From: Blastocladiella emersonii ATCC 22665
Lineage: Eukaryota > Fungi > Blastocladiomycota
Direction of reading: 5' to 3'
Assembly (NCBI GenBank): GCA_025594325.1
Contig: JANHCV010000001.1
Coordinates: 1,736,001-1,800,000, forward strand
Length of the DNA: 64,000 nt
Positions within the stretch are counted from its first letter, which is position 1, and each line of letters begins with the position of its first letter. The translations under genes and the position numbers were made by a program. Under the pieces are notes generated by a model, which was not told the origin of the DNA, ran no database searches, and worked only from the letters and a program-made list of their open reading frames with translations. Of this stretch, positions 13,934-27,495 are shown piece after piece.

Positions 13934-14348
13934 GGTGTGGTGATGGTTGCGTAGAGTGTGCTCGGTTGGATTGCGCTGGATGGGTTGAGGGAGAGGGAGG
14001 AAGGGCCGCGTGAGAGCGGCGCGCTCGCCTGACACGGCCATCGCGGAGCGCCGACGCGCGAGCTGCGCGCATGGCGTGACCCTCACGCCGTTTCGCGACG
14101 CGTCCTCTTCTCGATGCCTGGCTCGCTTCTACGTTCCGCGGTGTCCATCACGCGTGACGGCTTTGTGCGGGGCGCATCCTGCTAATGAGCGCCTTCAAGT
14201 GGCCTTCGCGCCAAGCCGCGCCCTACAGCCCGCTGCTCCTGATGGAGACCAGCGAGGCGAAAACGCTGAACAGCGACCAAGTTCAGCACGGCGGAGACAG
14301 ACACATTGGAGGGCTTTGTGTAGAGATAACAGGAATTCATTGGTACAG

Positions 14349-14380
<32 letters not shown>
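14349..14380. repeat. (ATCA)8 microsatellite
   Basis: Eight perfect ATCA units just past the stop of the 14395-14790 ORF. Confidence 0.95.
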
Positions 14381-14382
<2 letters not shown>

Positions 14383-14394
14383 CAGGCAGGCGGG

Positions 14395-14790
14395 TTACCA
14401 CAGCTTGCGCATCATCGGCATGGCCACCGCGGGACGCGGGGCGCGAGCCGGAGCAGCAGGAGCAGTGGCGGCCTTGGTGGCGGGGATCTCGGCCGAGCCC
14501 TCGCACGACGCGACGCGGAAGTTGACGGGCGAGCGCGGGCGCGCCGCCGCCGCGTCCTGGACGGCGGCGGCCGTGGCCTCGGCCGAGGGCGCCGGGTTCG
14601 GGATGCGCTTGGTGAGGGCGGGCGTGGTGGTGGTGGAGGCGGGCGCGACGGCCGAGGGGCCCGATGCGGGGCCGGCGCCGAACAGCAGCGACGCGACGAA
14701 GCCACGCGACGGCGTCGTGGGCGACGTCGGCGACGTGGCGGGCGAGCTCGCGGCCGAGTTGAGGGCAGTCGTCAGGCGGAAAACGTCCAT
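14395..14790 (-). CDS. hypothetical Ala/Pro/Ser/Thr-rich protein (131 aa)
   Basis: Host-like codon usage; upstream TATAAAG (15237-15243, minus strand); no recognisable domain. Confidence 0.5.
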   Translation of the reverse strand: MDVFRLTTALNSAASSPATSPTSPTTPSRGFVASLLFGAGPASGPSAVAPASTTTTPALTKRIPNPAPSAEATAAAVQDAAAARPRSPVNFRVASCEGSAEIPATKAATAPAAPARAPRPAVAMPMMRKLW

Positions 14791-15531
14791 GGTGGTGATG
14801 TAGAGGATCGGCGTGAGACTGGCGGTGGTGGTGGTGGTGAGGGTGATGAGGTTGAGTTGGTGGTAGCAGGGCAGGTGCCAGTGACTAATCCACGTCTGCG
14901 AGGGGGGCGGGGCGAGGAGAAGTCGTCAGCGCGCTGGTCGTGGCGAGGGCGGGCGAGCGAGCGAGAAGGAGACGTACCGCGACCAACGTGATGCTTGGTC
15001 TGGGTAAAGAAGTAGAATGCCATCCACAGGCACTCGGGCAATCAGAAGTGGTCCGTCGTCGCTGGTGGGGAGCTGAGCGAGGGGACCGTGGGGGTGGAGT
15101 GGGGGACGCGGCGAGCGTGAAAGTGCAGGTATGTCGTTGGTGGCGATGCGTGCGCGGTGCTGTTGGCGGCGAGGTCGGATGCTCGAGCGTGCGGGGTAGG
15201 AAGGCAGGATCCGAGGGAGGGCGGGGGAGCGGGCGTCTTTATAGTCGGCGGCCGCGACGGGCGCGCCCAGCGATGGCGATGGAGGTGGGAGATGATGGAG
15301 CGCACGGGGCCAGATAACGCAGCCCATCTCATCGCTCACGTGCCGCTGACGGCCTGACTGATCGATGGGCGAGCGAGCTGATGTGGCTGAGCGGCAAGCG
15401 CAAGCGCAAGGCCGTGTGGCGCCTTCCGCCTGAAAGTCCCCCTCTCGCGCCTCTCAGCAACCTACCTCGCCGGAGACGGCCATGTATACTTCTTCGAGTC
15501 GTGTGCTATGAGATGTTGAGCGGGAGGAGGA

Positions 15532-17460
15532 TCAGAACGGGAACGACGACGACGGCGGGCCCGCCGCTGCTGCCCGCCGTCCGACGCGCGGGCCGACCGC
15601 CGCCGCCGGGTCCTCGCCGCGCCCGCTGCCGCCGAACGTCGGCATGTACCCGGACTGCGTCACGGACGGCGCGAACGAGAACACGGCCGGGAGCGCGGGC
15701 GACGACGAGCCGCCGCTGGGCGCCGCCGCGGTCGTGGCCGCCACGACGGTCGGTCCACTCGGCGCGGGCCCGAGGAACGACAGCGGCGACGTGATGGCCG
15801 CGCTCGCGTTGAGGCTCGTGCTCGATCCCGCCACCGAGGACGACGCGCCGGTGCGAGCGAACGGACCCGCCGTGAACAGCGAGTTGGACCGCCGCACCGA
15901 CGCGCCCGCCGTAGACGACGACAGCGAGGCCGGCGGGTCGGTGGATGGCGCGGGAGTGTTGTCCGTGAGGAACGATGGCTTGGACGCAGTCGATGCCGGT
16001 GCAGCCGTGGTCACGGCGGGAGGATGCGGTGCGAGCGACGTTGCCGCGAGGGTCTCGGTCAGGAAGCTGGGCGTCGCCGTCGTCGCAGCGTGTGCGGGTG
16101 CCGCGGTCGTCGGGAGCATGGACTCGAGGAGCCACGACCCGGCCTTGCCCGCCGAGCCTGACGTGGCGCCCGTGGTGGCCTCGGCGGGAGCTGCGAACGA
16201 GGCAGCGCTCGCCTTTCGCGAACCGAACGACGGCCGCAGCAGGCTCTTGGGCCGCGGCGGCGACGGCGGCGGGACGGGCGAGGCGGCCTTGATGGGCTCG
16301 ACGGGTTGCTGCTGCTGCACGGGAACGACCACAGGCGGGGTCTGCTCGGCGTGTTGCTGCTGAGCTGGGGCGACGACGGGCTGCAGCGGCTCAGGAACGG
16401 CCTCGGCCTTGGTCTCGAGAGGCACAGCCGGGGTAGCCTCCTCGGCCTCGGGCGTCGCGCTTGCCGCACGAGTAGTCGATGCGCGTGATGCCGCCCGCGC
16501 GTCCTCGACCGAGCCGTCGTGCGTCGTCTCGGGCGACTCGCGGCGAGTGGTCTTGCCGCTGCGGCGCGACGCGACTGAACCAGCCGTGGTTGGGCGCGCC
16601 GACGCGGCCCGCTGCTCGACCTCCTCGCCCCAGATCGACGATGCGCTTTCGCGGCCGCCGCGGTCGGTCAGGCGCTGGCGCAGATCCTACACGGCGCAAG
16701 TATCAGCAAATCCCCGACGTGAGCAATCGGCGAACACAGCGTACCTCGACCTCGCGCTCCTTGCGGTGCAGCTGGTCCGTGAGCGCGCGGATCGAGTTCT
16801 CGAGCGAGTCCGAGTCGCTCTTGGCCTTGCGCAGGCGCTCCTTGGCCGTGACCAGCTCGGCATGAGCGTCGCGCGCGGCGCGCTCCTCGCCGTGCAGGCG
16901 CTCGAGCAGCTTGGTGTTGTGGGCCTTGAGGTTGCGGACCTCGGTGCGCAGCTGGTCGAGCACCGCGGGCAGGTCGCCCTGCTCCTTGTCGATGGTGCGG
17001 ATCGCCTTCTCCTGCCGCCGCTGCATCGCGAGCAGCGTCTTGTTCTCCTCGATCAGCTTGCCGATGGTCAGCTTCTGCTCCTTGACGCGGTTCTCGAGCT
17101 CGAGGATCCGGTCGTGGTGCGCTGCGGCCGACGGCGGCGCCGGGCGCGGGCCCGTGGCCGGCGTGCCGACCTTGAGCGTGCGCTTGGACCCGTGGAGCGA
17201 GGAGCGCGAGGACTTGAGGCCTACACGTTGGGTTCGGTGAGCTCTTGCGCCCCTCGCAAGCGGCTAGTGTGGACCGCACCTCCAAGCTTGGAATGCGACG
17301 GCTTTGTCTTGAGCGCCTTGGACTTCTTGGACGCGGCGCTCGCCTTCTTCACGGCGACGGCTGGGACGCTTGAGGACGACGACGACGCGGGCCGCGAGAG
17401 GCCGGCGTCGTCGTCCTCAAAGTCGGCTGCATACGATTTCGGGGTGCCCTGGCGCAACAT
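15532..17460 (-). CDS. lebercilin (LCA5/LCA5L)-like coiled-coil ciliary protein
   Basis: Spliced frame ILELENRVKEQKLTIGKLIEENKTLLAMQRRQEKAIRTID...QLHRKEREVE resembles the lebercilin core (ENKxLxxxQxRQEKA; KEKERELD); disordered C-terminus. Confidence 0.65.
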
Positions 17461-17795
17461 TGCGATGGCGGTTCATGAGGGCGATGAGCGGAGAACGCGC
17501 CGACGAAGGGCGCCGGCAACGAGCGACTTCGGCAGACGCGTCGCGGTGCGAGACGCGTCGCGCCTCAACGTGTCTCGCGTCACGCGACTTTTCGGATACC
17601 GACCCTGATCACACTACCCGCAATACAAGCCGTAATACGTCTCCATCAATCCTGCAACACGAACCGATGGGCTACCGGCCATTTGCGAGCCTCAGGCGCG
17701 GCCGACGCGACGCGCCCGGTTCAGCCACCCACGCCAGGGTCACATGACGGCGAATGACGGTGTGCTCGCGCTGCTGCACGGGGCGCGGCCGCGCC

Positions 17796-17803
17796 TATAA
17801 AAG
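17796..17803 (+). promoter_or_regulatory. candidate TATA box for SPT5
   Basis: TATAAAAG embedded in very GC-rich DNA about 190 nt upstream of the ATG. Confidence 0.45.
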
Positions 17804-17988
17804 CGGGCCGCTCCCGCTGGGCGCAGAGGACAGGGCGGGATTCGGTTCTCTCTCTCTCGAGCGCGCTGAATAACTCGGTGCATTGTGCGCGGCGCGAGCG
17901 ATCGCGCTAAAAATCTCCCGAGCTCGGCCTTCCCGCGACCACAGCTTCCCCTCTCCCTCCACCGCTACCGCTGCGACGAATCAACACC

Positions 17989-20900
17989 ATGTCACACCGC
18001 GACTTTGAAGACGACCTGCAGGAGGAGGATCTCGAAGACGACCCGCCCCTCCCCTCGGCCGACGACGACGAGGAGGACACGGCCGAGGCACCGCCGCCGG
18101 CCCGCTCGCGCGGCCGCAGCAGCCGCAACCGCTACGACGACGATGATGAAGAGGACGAGGACGAGGATGACGAGGAGGACTATAACGATGGGTCCTCGAG
18201 CAAGGTACGCTTCAGGCCCGACACGTCCCTGCGTGATCCGGACCTGACAGCAGACCCCCCGCTCGTAGCGCAAGAAGCGCAAGACGGCGCGCTCCCTCGC
18301 CAACGCCTTCCTCGATGTCGAGGCCGAGGTCGAGGACGACGACATGGAGGACGACGAGTACGGCGACGAGGAGGGTGCGTTTCCCATTCCGCTCTGCGCT
18401 CGCCACCCGCACCCGGCCCTAACCCCGCTCTCGTGCCCATCGTGCAGTCGCCGACTTCATCGACAAGGACGACATCGAGGTGCCCGACACGGAAGAGTTC
18501 CTGAAGCGCGACGCGGCGGCGCGGCGCGACCTCGACCGGCGGTTCGCCGAGCGCGACGAGCGCGAGCTGGCCGACCTCGCGCGCGACCTCGACCAGCGGC
18601 ACAAGCGCACCAACGTGCGGCGGTACCGCGGCGACGCGTCGGCGCACAAGTCGCAGCACTCGCTGCTGCCCAGCGTGCGCGACCCCAAGCTGTGGATGAT
18701 CCGGTGCCGCGAGGGCAAGGAGCGCGACATTGTGCACCTCGTCATCCGCAAGGCCTTCGACTACCAGCGCACCGGCCGCGGCAACCCCGTGCGCGTCCAC
18801 TCGGTCCTCTGTCGCGACGACCTCAAGGGCTTCATCTACGTCGAGGCCGACCTCGCCCTGCACGTCAACGACGCCTTTGACGGCATCACGGGCGTCTACC
18901 TCAGCCGCCAGACCCTCGTCCCCGTCAACGAGATGCCCGACGTGCTCTTCGTCAAGGCCGAGGACAAGTCGGTCAACCTGCTCGACAAGAAGTGGGTCCG
19001 CATCAAGCGCGGTAAGTACGCCGGCGACCTCGCCCAGGTCGTGGACGCCGAGGGCGAGACGGCCACGGTGCGCCTCGTCCCGCGCATCAACTACGAGGAG
19101 TTTGACTCGCGCGGCACCGCCGCCGACGAGGACGGCGACGGTGGGTCGCGCAAGCGCAAGCGCGCCGGCGGTGCCACCACGCGCCCGCCGCAGAAGCTGC
19201 TCAACCACCGCGAGCTGCCCGACCACATCTCGCGCAAGATGACCCGCAACCAGTACGGGTACTGGGTGCTCGGCGGCGAGACGTTCCGCGACGGGTACCT
19301 CGAGAAGTCGGTGCGCGTGTCGGTGCTCGACGTCGAGTGCGCCCCGCCCACGCTCGAGGAGATCGAGCGCTTCTCGGGCGGCAACGGCACCATCAACAAC
19401 GAGGCGCTGCAGTCGCTCAAGCTCGCCGCCCAGGAGCGCGAGTCGTCGGGCGTCATCTACAACCCGGGCGACCGCGTCCAGGTCACGTCGGGCGAGCTCG
19501 CCAACGTGCCCGCCGTCGTCCTGTCCATCTCCAACGGCATCGCCACCATCGTGTCGCAGGTCCCCGGCATCTTCGACAAGACGTCGATCCCCGTCGGCCA
19601 GCTGCGCAAGCACTTTGCCATGGGCGACGCCGTCCGCGTCCTCGCCGGCAAGCACGCCGGCACCATCGGCACCGTCATCGACGTGGACAAGACCTCGGTC
19701 ACGGTCGTCGACTCGGTCAAGCAGATGGAGTTCCAGGTGTTTGCGCGCGACCTCGCCGACGCCAAGGGCACCCAGGTCGTCGCCCAGCCCGACGCGGGCC
19801 TGCCCGGGACCAGTGGCACGCAGTCGTCGGACGGCAAGTTCGCCGTGCCGTCGCTCCCCGGCTCACGGTCGGCGTCGGGCCCGCCGCCGCGCGCGCCACC
19901 GATGCCCCGCGGCGGGTTCTCGTCGCGCGGCCCGCCGCGCCCGCGGTTCATCGGGTCCACGGTCAAGCTGCTCGCCGGCATGTACAAGGGCTACGTCGGG
20001 CTCGTCCTGGCCACGCTGCCCGACGGGCAGGTCCGCGTGCGGCTGCAGGCCAACCAGCGCGTCACGCTCGTCGACCGCAACCAGCTCGCCGTGCAGGACG
20101 CGTCGGGCCACTTCCACGAGCCGTCCAGCATGTACGCCGGCGGCATGACGTCGGCGTGGGGCTCGGCGCCCACGCCCGGCGGCTACGGCCAGGCGCCGTC
20201 GTCTGGTGCCGGTTGGGGCAACGATACCCGCGGCGGGCGCACGCCCAACCCGTACGCCGGCGCGCAGACCCCGAACCCGTACTCGGGCGGTGCACAGACC
20301 CCGCACCACTACTCGTCCGGTTTTGGGGCTGGCGACGACGGCGGCCGCACGCCCGCGTGGGACGCTGGGTCGCGCACGCCGTACCGGCCGTTCGAGGAGG
20401 CCCGGTCCTCGGCCGCGCCCGGATCGGCCAACGCGTGGGGCAGCTCGGCCAACTACACGCCGTCCATGGCGACCGGCAGCGGCGGCAACGACTGGTCCCG
20501 CGGCGGCGGCAGCAACAGCGGCGCGTACGCTGGTACCAGTTCCGGGTACGACGCGCGAGGCGCCACCACCAGCAGCAGCGCGCGCGACGACTACTCGCGG
20601 TCCAGCGGCAGCGGGCGCAACGACTACTCGCGGTCCAGCGGCAGCGGGCGCAACGACCGCGACGACTACGGCGCCAGCGGCACCAGCGACTGGTCGCGCG
20701 CCGACCAGGGCCCCGCCGCACCGACGAGCGCGTGGGCCGGCGGCAGCAGCGCGGCGTACGGCGGCGCCAGCGACCATCGCGCGTACAGCTCCGCGGCGAC
20801 CACGGCGCCGTCCAGCGCAACCTACCGCCGCGACTCGTCGCCGCCACCAAGGGGCGGGTACACGGGCTCGTACTCGGGCGCGTCGGGCGTCGGCGGGATC

Positions 20901-21464
20901 ACGCCCGGGTACGGCGCGACGCCCATGGCGGGCAGTTCCGCGGCCATGGGCGCCACGCCCATGGGCTCGTCGCTGCGCGCCGGGCTCGGCGGCGCGACCC
21001 CGCGGCCCATGTACGGGTCCGAGTCGGTCTCGTCGGCGTCGGCGTCCGCGTACGGCCGGTCCGCCTCGCAGGCCGCCGCTCCCGCGGTTGGCGGCGCGGC
21101 GGGTGGTGCCGGCGGCGACCAGCTCGGTTCCGCGTGGGGGTTGCCGGGGATCCTCGTCGAGGCGACGCGCGACGTCGACGCGCGGCTCAGCTCGGGCGCG
21201 CGCGCCGTCATCACGCGCGTCGACGGCAGCGGGACCTCGGTCGACCTCGACCAGGGGTCCGCGGGCGTGCCGATCGACGCGCTCAAGCCCGTGCTCCCCG
21301 GCAAGGCCGACAAGGTGCTCGTGCTCGTCGGCCAGTACCGCGGCAAGGAGGGCACCATCATCGGCGCGCACGAGGGGTCGGGCGTCGTCCGTATGGCTCA
21401 CGACTCCAAGTCGTTTGAGACGTTCAAGCTCACGCAGCTCGGGAAGGTGCAGGCGGCGGCGTGA
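17989..21464 (+). CDS. SPT5: transcription elongation factor Spt5
   Basis: Acidic N-terminus, LLPSVRDPKLWMIRC NGN domain, KOW motifs (WVRIKRGKYAGDLAQV), GGRTP/TP C-terminal repeats, terminal KOW. Confidence 0.95.
20588..20653 (+). repeat. two perfect 33-nt tandem units inside SPT5 (encoding DYSRSSGSGRN x2)
   Basis: cgactactcgcggtccagcggcagcgggcgcaa repeated twice. Confidence 0.9.
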
Positions 21465-21645
21465 GGTGATGGCGTGGATGTGACAAGAGTTTATATATCG
21501 TATTATTTGTTCGTTCCTCGCGGTTCTCCAGAGACAAGTGGGTGAGTAAAACGGTTTGTATTAGTGCTTTCGCAGGTATTTGGGTGGTACGACCATCGAC
21601 AGGCCGCGGGAGCGCACACACGCGCTCACGACGGCTATGGCCACG

Positions 21646-22635
21646 TTAGCGAGCAGCGCGGGCCGGCGCGGCCTTGCGGGCCTGCTCAGCGGTGGCCGCG
21701 GTGGCCGAGCGGTACTTGGCGACAAGCGGCGCCTGCTTCTGCTGCGCCTTGGCCGCGAGCGTCGCGGGGCGCTTGACGTACGCCATGGCCTGCATGGGGA
21801 CCGCCGCCTTGGCCGCGGGCATCATAGCGGCGCGGAACCAGGCGGGCGTGCCGAGCAGGCCATGGAACAGCCACGCGCCCGAGGTGACAGCGTCCTCGGC
21901 AGTCGCGCGGCGCGCGCGGACGGCGCCGAGCGGGATGACGCGGCCGACGGGCGCCGTGTTACCGAACGCGAGGCGCGGGGCGGCGACGCCGAGGTTGGCG
22001 CGGCGGGAGCGGGCGCGGAACGTCGGCACGGGGCACGCGAGGTTGCGGCGCTTGAGGACCAGCGCCGTGGCCGTCGACGGACACTCGCGCTGCATCCACA
22101 GCGGCGTGCGCGCGGCGTCGAAGAGCCACGCGCCCGACGTGAAGTCGTCGTCCGGGTGATACGCGGCGGGGCGCGTTGCGCGGTACAGCTTGGCGTTGCC
22201 GGTGCGTGCGACGGGGCCCGCCGAGAACAGACGGTCGAGCTTGGCGTCGTTGTTCTTCGGGCGCCACGTCGGCTTGGCCTGGATGTTCTTGGACTTGGGC
22301 GACAGCGGGCGGTGCGTGGCCGCGCCGGGGACCGGGGCCACCGTCGTCACGACGGGCGGCGGGGCGATGGGCAGCTTGAGGCTCGGCGACGGCGGGCCGC
22401 CGCGCAGCGCGGGCGGGACGTACTTGGTCGGCGCCGACAGCTCGGCGCCGCCCTTGCCCGCCGTGGGCATGGTCGACTTGAACCCGGCCGGCGTCATGAG
22501 CGTCGCGCGCGCCAGGGCGGCGATGCCCATGGCCGCGGGCTGTGCGTGCGAGTTGAGCGCCTGGTGCGCCTGCGCGGTGCCGGTGCGGCCGAGGGCGGAC
22601 GACGGGTTGTCGGTGAGGATGTTGTTGCGACCCAT
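21646..22635 (-). CDS. hypothetical basic protein with a duplicated TSGAWLF motif
   Basis: Intronless 329-aa ORF, host-like codon usage, TATAAGA about 70 nt upstream (22701-22707). Confidence 0.65.
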   Translation of the reverse strand: MGRNNILTDNPSSALGRTGTAQAHQALNSHAQPAAMGIAALARATLMTPAGFKSTMPTAGKGGAELSAPTKYVPPALRGGPPSPSLKLPIAPPPVVTTVAPVPGAATHRPLSPKSKNIQAKPTWRPKNNDAKLDRLFSAGPVARTGNAKLYRATRPAAYHPDDDFTSGAWLFDAARTPLWMQRECPSTATALVLKRRNLACPVPTFRARSRRANLGVAAPRLAFGNTAPVGRVIPLGAVRARRATAEDAVTSGAWLFHGLLGTPAWFRAAMMPAAKAAVPMQAMAYVKRPATLAAKAQQKQAPLVAKYRSATAATAEQARKAAPARAAR

Positions 22636-23076
22636 GGTTCGTATCTTGAGCAGTTGACTTGCTTGGTGAGAGCGAGGTGGGGTCGGGGCAGTCGGGGCCT
22701 TCTTATAGGCCCCCCGCGTTCTGTGAGTGCGCACGAGCGCTAGCAAACGGCATTCGACATGATCCAAGCCCAGTGTGGGCACGGGTGCGACCAACTGACC
22801 GACAGTGAGGTAGAGGTGGCGCAGCGCAACGAATCCCGGTCGGCCGGCGGTCGTGACTGCGCCACCATCCGACTGCTGCGCCACAGTCGGTGCGACCAGC
22901 GCTGAAGGCCCTTGCAACAGACGAGCGAATCGATGACTCAAGTCAGAAGACATGGAAGGAATCAAAAGCTAGCCCGACGCGCCAGTCACCCTCAACCGCG
23001 CTGCAAGTTGGAAATGAAGCATGTATTGACACAAAACGGGATCGAGTGCACTCGCGGAACACGACAAGAAGCTCAC

Positions 23077-24675
<1,599 letters not shown>

Positions 24676-25002
24676 TCAGACGGCGGCGACGGCGGGGCAG
24701 GGTCCGCGGTGTTGATAGCGTAGCGATGCGTAGAGTGCGGGTGCGTCGTCGTCGTCGTCGTCGTGGACACGAGGAGGCAGGCGTGAGAGCGGGTCCCCTG
24801 CGCGCGGACGCGGCCGACGCGCTCGCTCAGGGAAGCGTGGTGAAGCGTGCTCCGTCGCGAGGCAGGATCCGCGACGAGAGTGACGCGCGCCTCACCTGAC
24901 GCGAGCGGGGGGATCTGGAACGCGTGCTGCTCTTCTTCCTTGAGCGAGCTGCTGCAGCCCTCCCTACAGCAGCACGCTTCCATGTATCTCTGATCTACTA
25001 TC

Positions 25003-25551
25003 ATGCAGCAACCGCCCGCCAGCCAGGTCGCGGACCCGGCGGCCCCGTCGTCGTCCATGTCGGTCCCGCCGTCCATCGAGAGCACGCCGCCCGCGTCCGG
25101 CACGCTCGGCAGCCCGCTTTCGGCGGCGCCCAAGCTCAGCGACATTCTCGCCAACACGGCCGCCATCTCGGCGCGCGACGAGGCGGTCCCGTTCCAGCTC
25201 CAGACGTACGCGTCGCCTCCTCGCTGACGGACGCCCGCATGCTTGCGTGGACCGCCCCTCGCTCACCTTTCCGCGCCGCCGCCGTCGCCGACCAGCATCG
25301 AGCTCCTGTCGGGCACCGCCAAGGAGCTCGCGAGCCTCAACGAGTACAGCAGCCAGCGGCTGCAGTCGAACCGCGAGAACTTTCGCCAGGCCACGCTGCA
25401 GCTGCGCGACCTCAAGGTCGACCTCGACTCGGCGCACCTGCGCCTGCACCGCATCCTGCAGCGGTTGCAGAAGTCGTTTCCGGAGGCCGTCGCCGAGGCC
25501 ATGGCACAGCATCCCATGCCGGATCCCGACGGCGAGGATGAGGAGGGCTAG
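25003..25551 (+). CDS. KXD1: KxDL-motif protein (KXD1/BORCS4-like)
   Basis: LASLNEYSSQRLQ...LRDLKVDLDSAHLRLHRILQRLQKSFPEA; one intron. Confidence 0.75.
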
Positions 25552-25830
25552 CTGGTCTCCCTGCGCCGCGACTCCCAAGTGTACATATAGGACTGATCCA
25601 CCTCTCCCACGTGCTTCCCTGAGAACCCGCAGGGCTGTGGTAGTAGATGAACCGTGCAATTGAGCGATTGGGGGAGAGTGGTCACCAGCGGGGACCATGG
25701 CGGTGGGACGTGAGGGTGGGTGGGACAGGAAGCGACGGCACGCGGGTCGCGCGTGTGACAGAGTGCGTGGGAATGCGAGGAGTACGTGTGGGAGGGGTCA
25801 TTGATCAACTCGTGCGAGCGATGGGGCTGC

Positions 25831-26140
25831 TTACATGGCGAGAAAGCCGACGGCAGCCGCAGCGACGAGGACAACACCCGCCGAGCCGTGGACAGCATAG
25901 GCTCCAGAGTTGACGCGCGCCAGCATCTCGGTGGTGGGGTCGTTAGACGCTGCCTTGCTGTCGGCGCCAGCGATGGGGAACGTGGTCGAGTACTTGGACG
26001 ACACGGTCAACTGCCCGTCAAAGTTGAACCGCAGCGCGTAGTCCGAGCCCGACGCGAGATCAGCGGGCACGGCGTACGAGACGTGGCCGGCGACCGGGTC
26101 GACGCTGCCATCCGCTACGACGAGCGCTCCTTCAGAAGAG
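25831..26140 (-). pseudogene. 3' fragment of a Kre9/KNH-like Ig-fold GPI-anchored wall protein; no N-terminus or signal peptide found
   Basis: VADGSVDPVAGHVSYAVPADLASGSDYALRF...YSTTFPI plus a hydrophobic GPI-like tail; the 5' side abuts a tRNA terminator. Confidence 0.5.
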
Positions 26141-26176
26141 GAAAAAGAGTGCGGTGGGTCTGCACGAAAACGGAAA

Positions 26177-26247
26177 TGCATGCACCGGGAATCGAACCCG
26201 GAGCTCTACCTTGGGAGGGTAGAATTTTACCATTAAACCATGCATGC
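26177..26247 (-). tRNA. tRNA-Gly(CCC), copy 1
   Basis: 71-nt cloverleaf GCATGCA TG GTTT AATGGTA AAAT T CTACC CTCCCAA GGTAG AGCT CCGGG TTCGATT CCCGG TGCATGC A, followed by T-runs. Confidence 0.93.
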
Positions 26248-27495
26248 GCGTGTTTCAGGTACTTGCAGCCAAATCTCCATGCGCACCTCCTGCAGCCAAC
26301 GTGGAAACGCTCTCGCCTTGATGGCCTGCATGATAGCGTTTGGTGCTCAGCTACATCGCAGTTAGTTCCTTGCGGTAGATACATGGCATGTGACCGTCAT
26401 GGTGGAGCACGAGGGGGCGAGCGCCACTGCGCGTCGCGTTTCAGAGCGACCACGCGACACGTCCGTGGGCTGGCGGCCAATTTAGAAGGCTAATTCGTCG
26501 ACCCCTCCCACACCCGCAAATTAATTCTGATAATTGCCGGAGCACCACTAAAATTGCTCATTCGACATATCTAAGCTGTATGTGCAATTTCAGCCGGGTC
26601 GGATTTTCGACTCGATTCAAGAAGCTAAGTCTTAAGTGCGTTTTTCGTCCGAGCGACCAAACCGAAAGTTTTTTTCAACTTTGCACGGTCGGACGAGTTC
26701 TCGGTACCCCGACACCTCGACTCGGAGATTTTCACATTTTCCGGGCCTCTGAAGGTCGCTGATCACGAATCTGCCCTCAGAAAAATGTTTCCAATGCATC
26801 TTGAATTTATGAAGCTAAGTCGTGTCACGTGAGCTGAGGCCTTCAGCGCTGCCAGTGTCGCGACGCTCACGTCCGCGTGACCACGAAGCGCGCGTTGGTT
26901 TGCTCCCACGCGATTGAACCTCGGATCAGCTCTGCCATGGTTGTCGCTATGGCGTCGAGGGCCGGTATGACCACGGCTATCTCGCCGCGGTGAAAGAAGT
27001 CGACCACCCTCGCCACCTGCTTGCTTCGATCATTGACACCTTGGCTGGTCCCGCCGTCGAGTCGAGCGGTGGCTACTCCCGCTGCAACGACACACAGCGA
27101 GCGTATCGCCTCTCATCAGCCAAGGCGTGCTCGAAGATCACAGAGGCGGCAGCAGCAGAATCGGCGAGCGCGCCAAGGTTTGATGCCTCGCGTGATGAGC
27201 TGCGGTTTGTCGCAAGCATTTGATGTAGATTGTTTCTAATATGGGTGCATGTTCCCATCGTTCGGGGTTGATTGCATCGCCGCTGAGTAGTTGTTGGCGG
27301 GGACAGCGCGAAGAGAAGCGGCGTGTTGGCGGCTCACCTCGCGCGCGGCCGCGGGCCCAGCGCCTTCAACTGCCCGGCGCTCTCATGACTTGCAGTAGTT
27401 GCCACCGAGTCTCTCAGCAGCACAACCTGATCAGCCCACAAATCCAGATACAAAAAGGTCAGCTATGATTAAATAAAGGGGTTGATCTGAGCGGG

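Noticed and set aside
26940-27223. Short plus-strand open frame (…GVEGRYDHGYLAAVKEVDHP…)
   Set aside because: Atypical codon usage, no clear start or splice context, and no motif.
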